Source of the DNA: Amphiscolops sp. MND2022
Taxonomy: Eukaryota
Length of the DNA stretch: 64,000 nt
Direction of reading: 5' to 3'
NCBI GenBank assembly: GCA_964187785.1
Contig: OZ076409.1
Coordinates: 44,766,001 to 44,830,000, forward strand
Numbering within the stretch: position 1 is the stretch's first letter; the number at the start of each line of letters is the position of its first letter. Of this stretch, positions 60,901 to 64,000 are shown piece after piece. Below the pieces are notes generated by a model. It was not told the origin of the DNA. It was given only the letters and a program-made list of their open reading frames with translations, and ran no database searches. Both the position numbers and the translations under genes were made by a program.

Positions 60901-63900
60901 AAATTAGCGATTGTTTCACCCGTGAAGATGCATTAAAGTGAAAGCATCATAAGTTATGCAGCTACAATTTGTTCACTAGTTGGTGTTTTCCGATCTCTGA
61001 ACTACGTTCAAGATCTTTCGAGTGCTTCACTGCTCAGTCAAGCGGATCAAAAGCTTCCTCCGAACTTCAAAGGAGGGTGGTCAATGCATACAACGAAGCG
61101 CGATTTGAACCGACCGACTCAGGTTGACTTCAACAATTGGCTGAAGGGCAAAACTGAAGCTCACGAGAGGATCAAAAATTCCTCTGGAACACCAAAAGTT
61201 AGGAAACTTCAACCGGAAACGTAACGAAAATCAAGACCAATTCTAAAGTATTCGCTACAACAACAACTTTCACTAAAAATACCATGCCACCAAGACGTGA
61301 AACCAGAAATCACAAGTCAGTTGTGAAGTTTGCAAAGATCCGTTGTGGCGATGTCAAGTGTTTCGAAAGCAGACTCCAACTGAGTGAGCGAAAGTTGTTG
61401 CCGTGAACAAACTTTCTTTTTATGCTTTAATGGACAACATTCGTTCTGCAACTGCCAACGACCCCGGAAATGCACCAAAGAAGGCTGTGGAAGTACGCAC
61501 AACACTTTCCTACATGGTGCAGGAAAGATTTTCCCGAGGAAACCTGAATCTGGGAAAGAGAGCAACTGTGAAATGACTACTTGTAGCGCAGTGACAAGGA
61601 CCCAAAAGAAGCGAAGTCACTTCATGCCTCCCTTCGCTCTCTGACGTAAAAGGATTGTTAAAAATAACGGTAGTGGAATTGCAAACTTCAGAGAAATCTG
61701 AAAGAGTCTTAGTTTTGTGCGACTCAGCGTGTAGTCATTCTTGGATTTCCTCTGAACTAGCCGCAAACTTGACGTGCGCGGAACGCCGACAAAGTTGACT
61801 GTACACGCATTTACCTCCAATAAGGTTGTTAACACTCAAATGGTCGAGCTCAAATTAACACCCGTTCATTCGGGTGGCTCTTGCACCTCCTTTACTATGT
61901 GCGAGATCAATTGACTATTGGAAATGATGTAATTGAAGTAGATGATTTGAAGACTCGCTATCCACACTTAGAACCAATCGCTCTTAGCAAGTACAGCTTC
62001 ACATATGTGAAAATTACTCTTGGTCAGGACGTTTTCCATGCTATCCGTCCACAGGAGTATTTCGAATCCGACCGCCGAAATACCCCAGTTGCCGTCCGTT
62101 TACTGTTGGGTTGTGTACTGAGTGGACCCCTTCCGTCGACCACGGGCCTTTTTTCGACAAGCTTTTAAGCTGCTACCCAAAACGGGCACGATTGTACACT
62201 CTCCAACCGACTACGAACCTGGTACGACATAGAATCGTATGGCGCGTAGAAACAAGTGGATTCCCGTTCCGCAACCGTCACGAGAGCGACGAAGATACTT
62301 GATGAAACAACATACCACGATGGGTCCGATACCTAGTTGGTAAGTTGTGGGCCGATGACGAAAGTCGTTTATCAAACGATTAATTTTCTGCTCTCGTTCA
62401 ACTGAAATCGCTAAAGCGCCGTTGTCAAAAAAGGAAACTAATTTAAAAGACAGCTACGCGAAAACAATTAGCGATTATTTCTCAAAAAGGAATATTGTTT
62501 GAGTGGACAAAACTGACAGTTTTAGAGTACACCAGCACCGTGAATAGTAATTACCGCACCATCCAGTCGTGCATCCTCACAAGCCTGACAAAGTCCGTAG
62601 GGTTCTTAATGGAGCTGCAAAATTTCATGGTCAGTCCTTTAACAGTGCTCTTCTAGCAGGACCAGATTTGCTGCAGAGCCTAATCCACAATCTTTTCCGT
62701 TTCCGTCAATATATTTTTGCGGAATCTGCGGACATCAAAGGAATGGTTCTCCAAATTGGAGTTATCCCACGTGACAGACCATCACTTCGATATTTGTGGC
62801 GGGAGCATCCAGCAGCTGAAGTTGCTGTTTTAGAGTATGTTCGACATACGTTCGGCGTAAAAGGTTCGCCCACATGCGCTAACTACGCACTGAAAAGGAC
62901 TGCCACAGTTAACCAAGCCAGTTTTCCAGATTCAGCACGAAGCGTTCATAACAATTTTTATATGGACGATAACCTCAAATCAAATTCAACAGCTGATGAA
63001 GCCTCTAACAAAGCAATAAATCTACTGACAATGCTTGCATTGGGTGGGTTCAAACTGACGAATTTGTGTCTAATGTACCCCGTTTCCCCATCGAAGTTGA
63101 TCCGAACAGAACAACAGAGAAAGCGATTCCAGCAGCAGAGAAATTCTCACACGTTCTTGGACTGAAATGGAATCACTCAACAGACACCTTAGTTAATAGC
63201 AGAGTAAAAAAACCAAACACCGACCGAATTGTCACTCAATGGGTTGTTCTAAGTTTGGTATCCGAGGTATAAGACGCAATTGGTCTCGTCGCGCGGTTCA
63301 CCATCAAAGCATGCCTGCCTTTGAAAGACACCTGGAGGATCAGTGGCCAGCAGTGGGACGACAACTTGCCAAACTATATTGTAGCAAAGTTCTTGGATTT
63401 AAGAGTTGTCAACTTTGAATGAAATTACCATACCAAGAAGTTACTTCTGCCAAACTGTTGAATTATTTGGGCTGCACGTGTTCGGTGATAGCTCACCAGA
63501 TGTTTTCAGCGCAGTCGCTTGCTTGCCAGGAAAACTAATTAACGACATCAATGTTGTGACGCACCTGGCTTTTGTTTTTGGAACAGCAAGAGTCGCTCCT
63601 ATGAAGGCACCAACTGTTCAAAGTTGGAACTAAAAGCCGCATTACTTGCAGCACGACTTCGCAACGAGGTCCTCCGTGCACTGTCTTTGACGATAAACAG
63701 AACTTTCATGTGGAGCGATAGTTCAACTGTGCTTCAGTGGTTAAATTCTTAGGAAAAGCAACCCACATTTGTTGCAAACCGAGTATGCGAGATTCTAGAG
63801 TTAACTACTGTTGATGAGTGGCACTACGTCCCTACGGCTCACAATCCGGATTATGCGGGCACCCGTGGAATGTCTGCAACCGCCCTTTTGAACAGCTGTT

Positions 63901-64000
63901 GGCTGACTGTTCCGGACTTTCTAAAACATCCGACTTCCCTTCAAACCTCCAGACGATTTTCTTCAACAGTAAACTTCAACAGAGGCGCTGATTCCACTGA
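57935..64000 (+). mobile_element. Degenerate BEL/Pao LTR retrotransposon (runs off window end)
   Basis: Putative 5' LTR 57935-59103 with decayed PBS TAGTGTCAGA; gag (LERKFGQPQAVV, zinc knuckles), protease, RT (HPHKPDKVRRVLNGA...FYMDD), Pao RNase H (LHVFGDSS...ARVAPMK). Confidence 0.94.

Overview
AT-rich eukaryotic (animal-like) genomic DNA, mostly decayed transposons, with two spliced host genes on the minus strand that I assembled by hand from splice signals. Gene 1 (about 8187->5145, 4 exons, ~283 aa) is a PLAC8/cornifelin-family membrane protein. Its second intron (6091-7383, GC-AG) coincides almost exactly with a hAT-like TIR element and a decayed 8-bp target duplication, so it is a candidate transposon-generated intron (introner). 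Gene 2 (38261->18296, 5 exons, 433 aa) has an N-terminal signal anchor and a domain whose motifs (YNLLRHAG, KLGGAGL, YYPGEA, DHW, TRLEG, RIDYVQH) I recognise from uncharacterised bacterial helical-barrel proteins, making it a candidate intron-bearing horizontally acquired enzyme. The rest comprises three BEL/Pao remnants, three Ty3/Gypsy remnants, several unusually large LTRs containing ORFs, a complete but frameshifted Tc1 (DD34E) element, many DINE-1/HINE-like non-autonomous Helentrons, and hAT- and CACTA-like MITEs. No CRISPR, rRNA or intact tRNA is seen. All homology calls come from motif recognition, not database searches.
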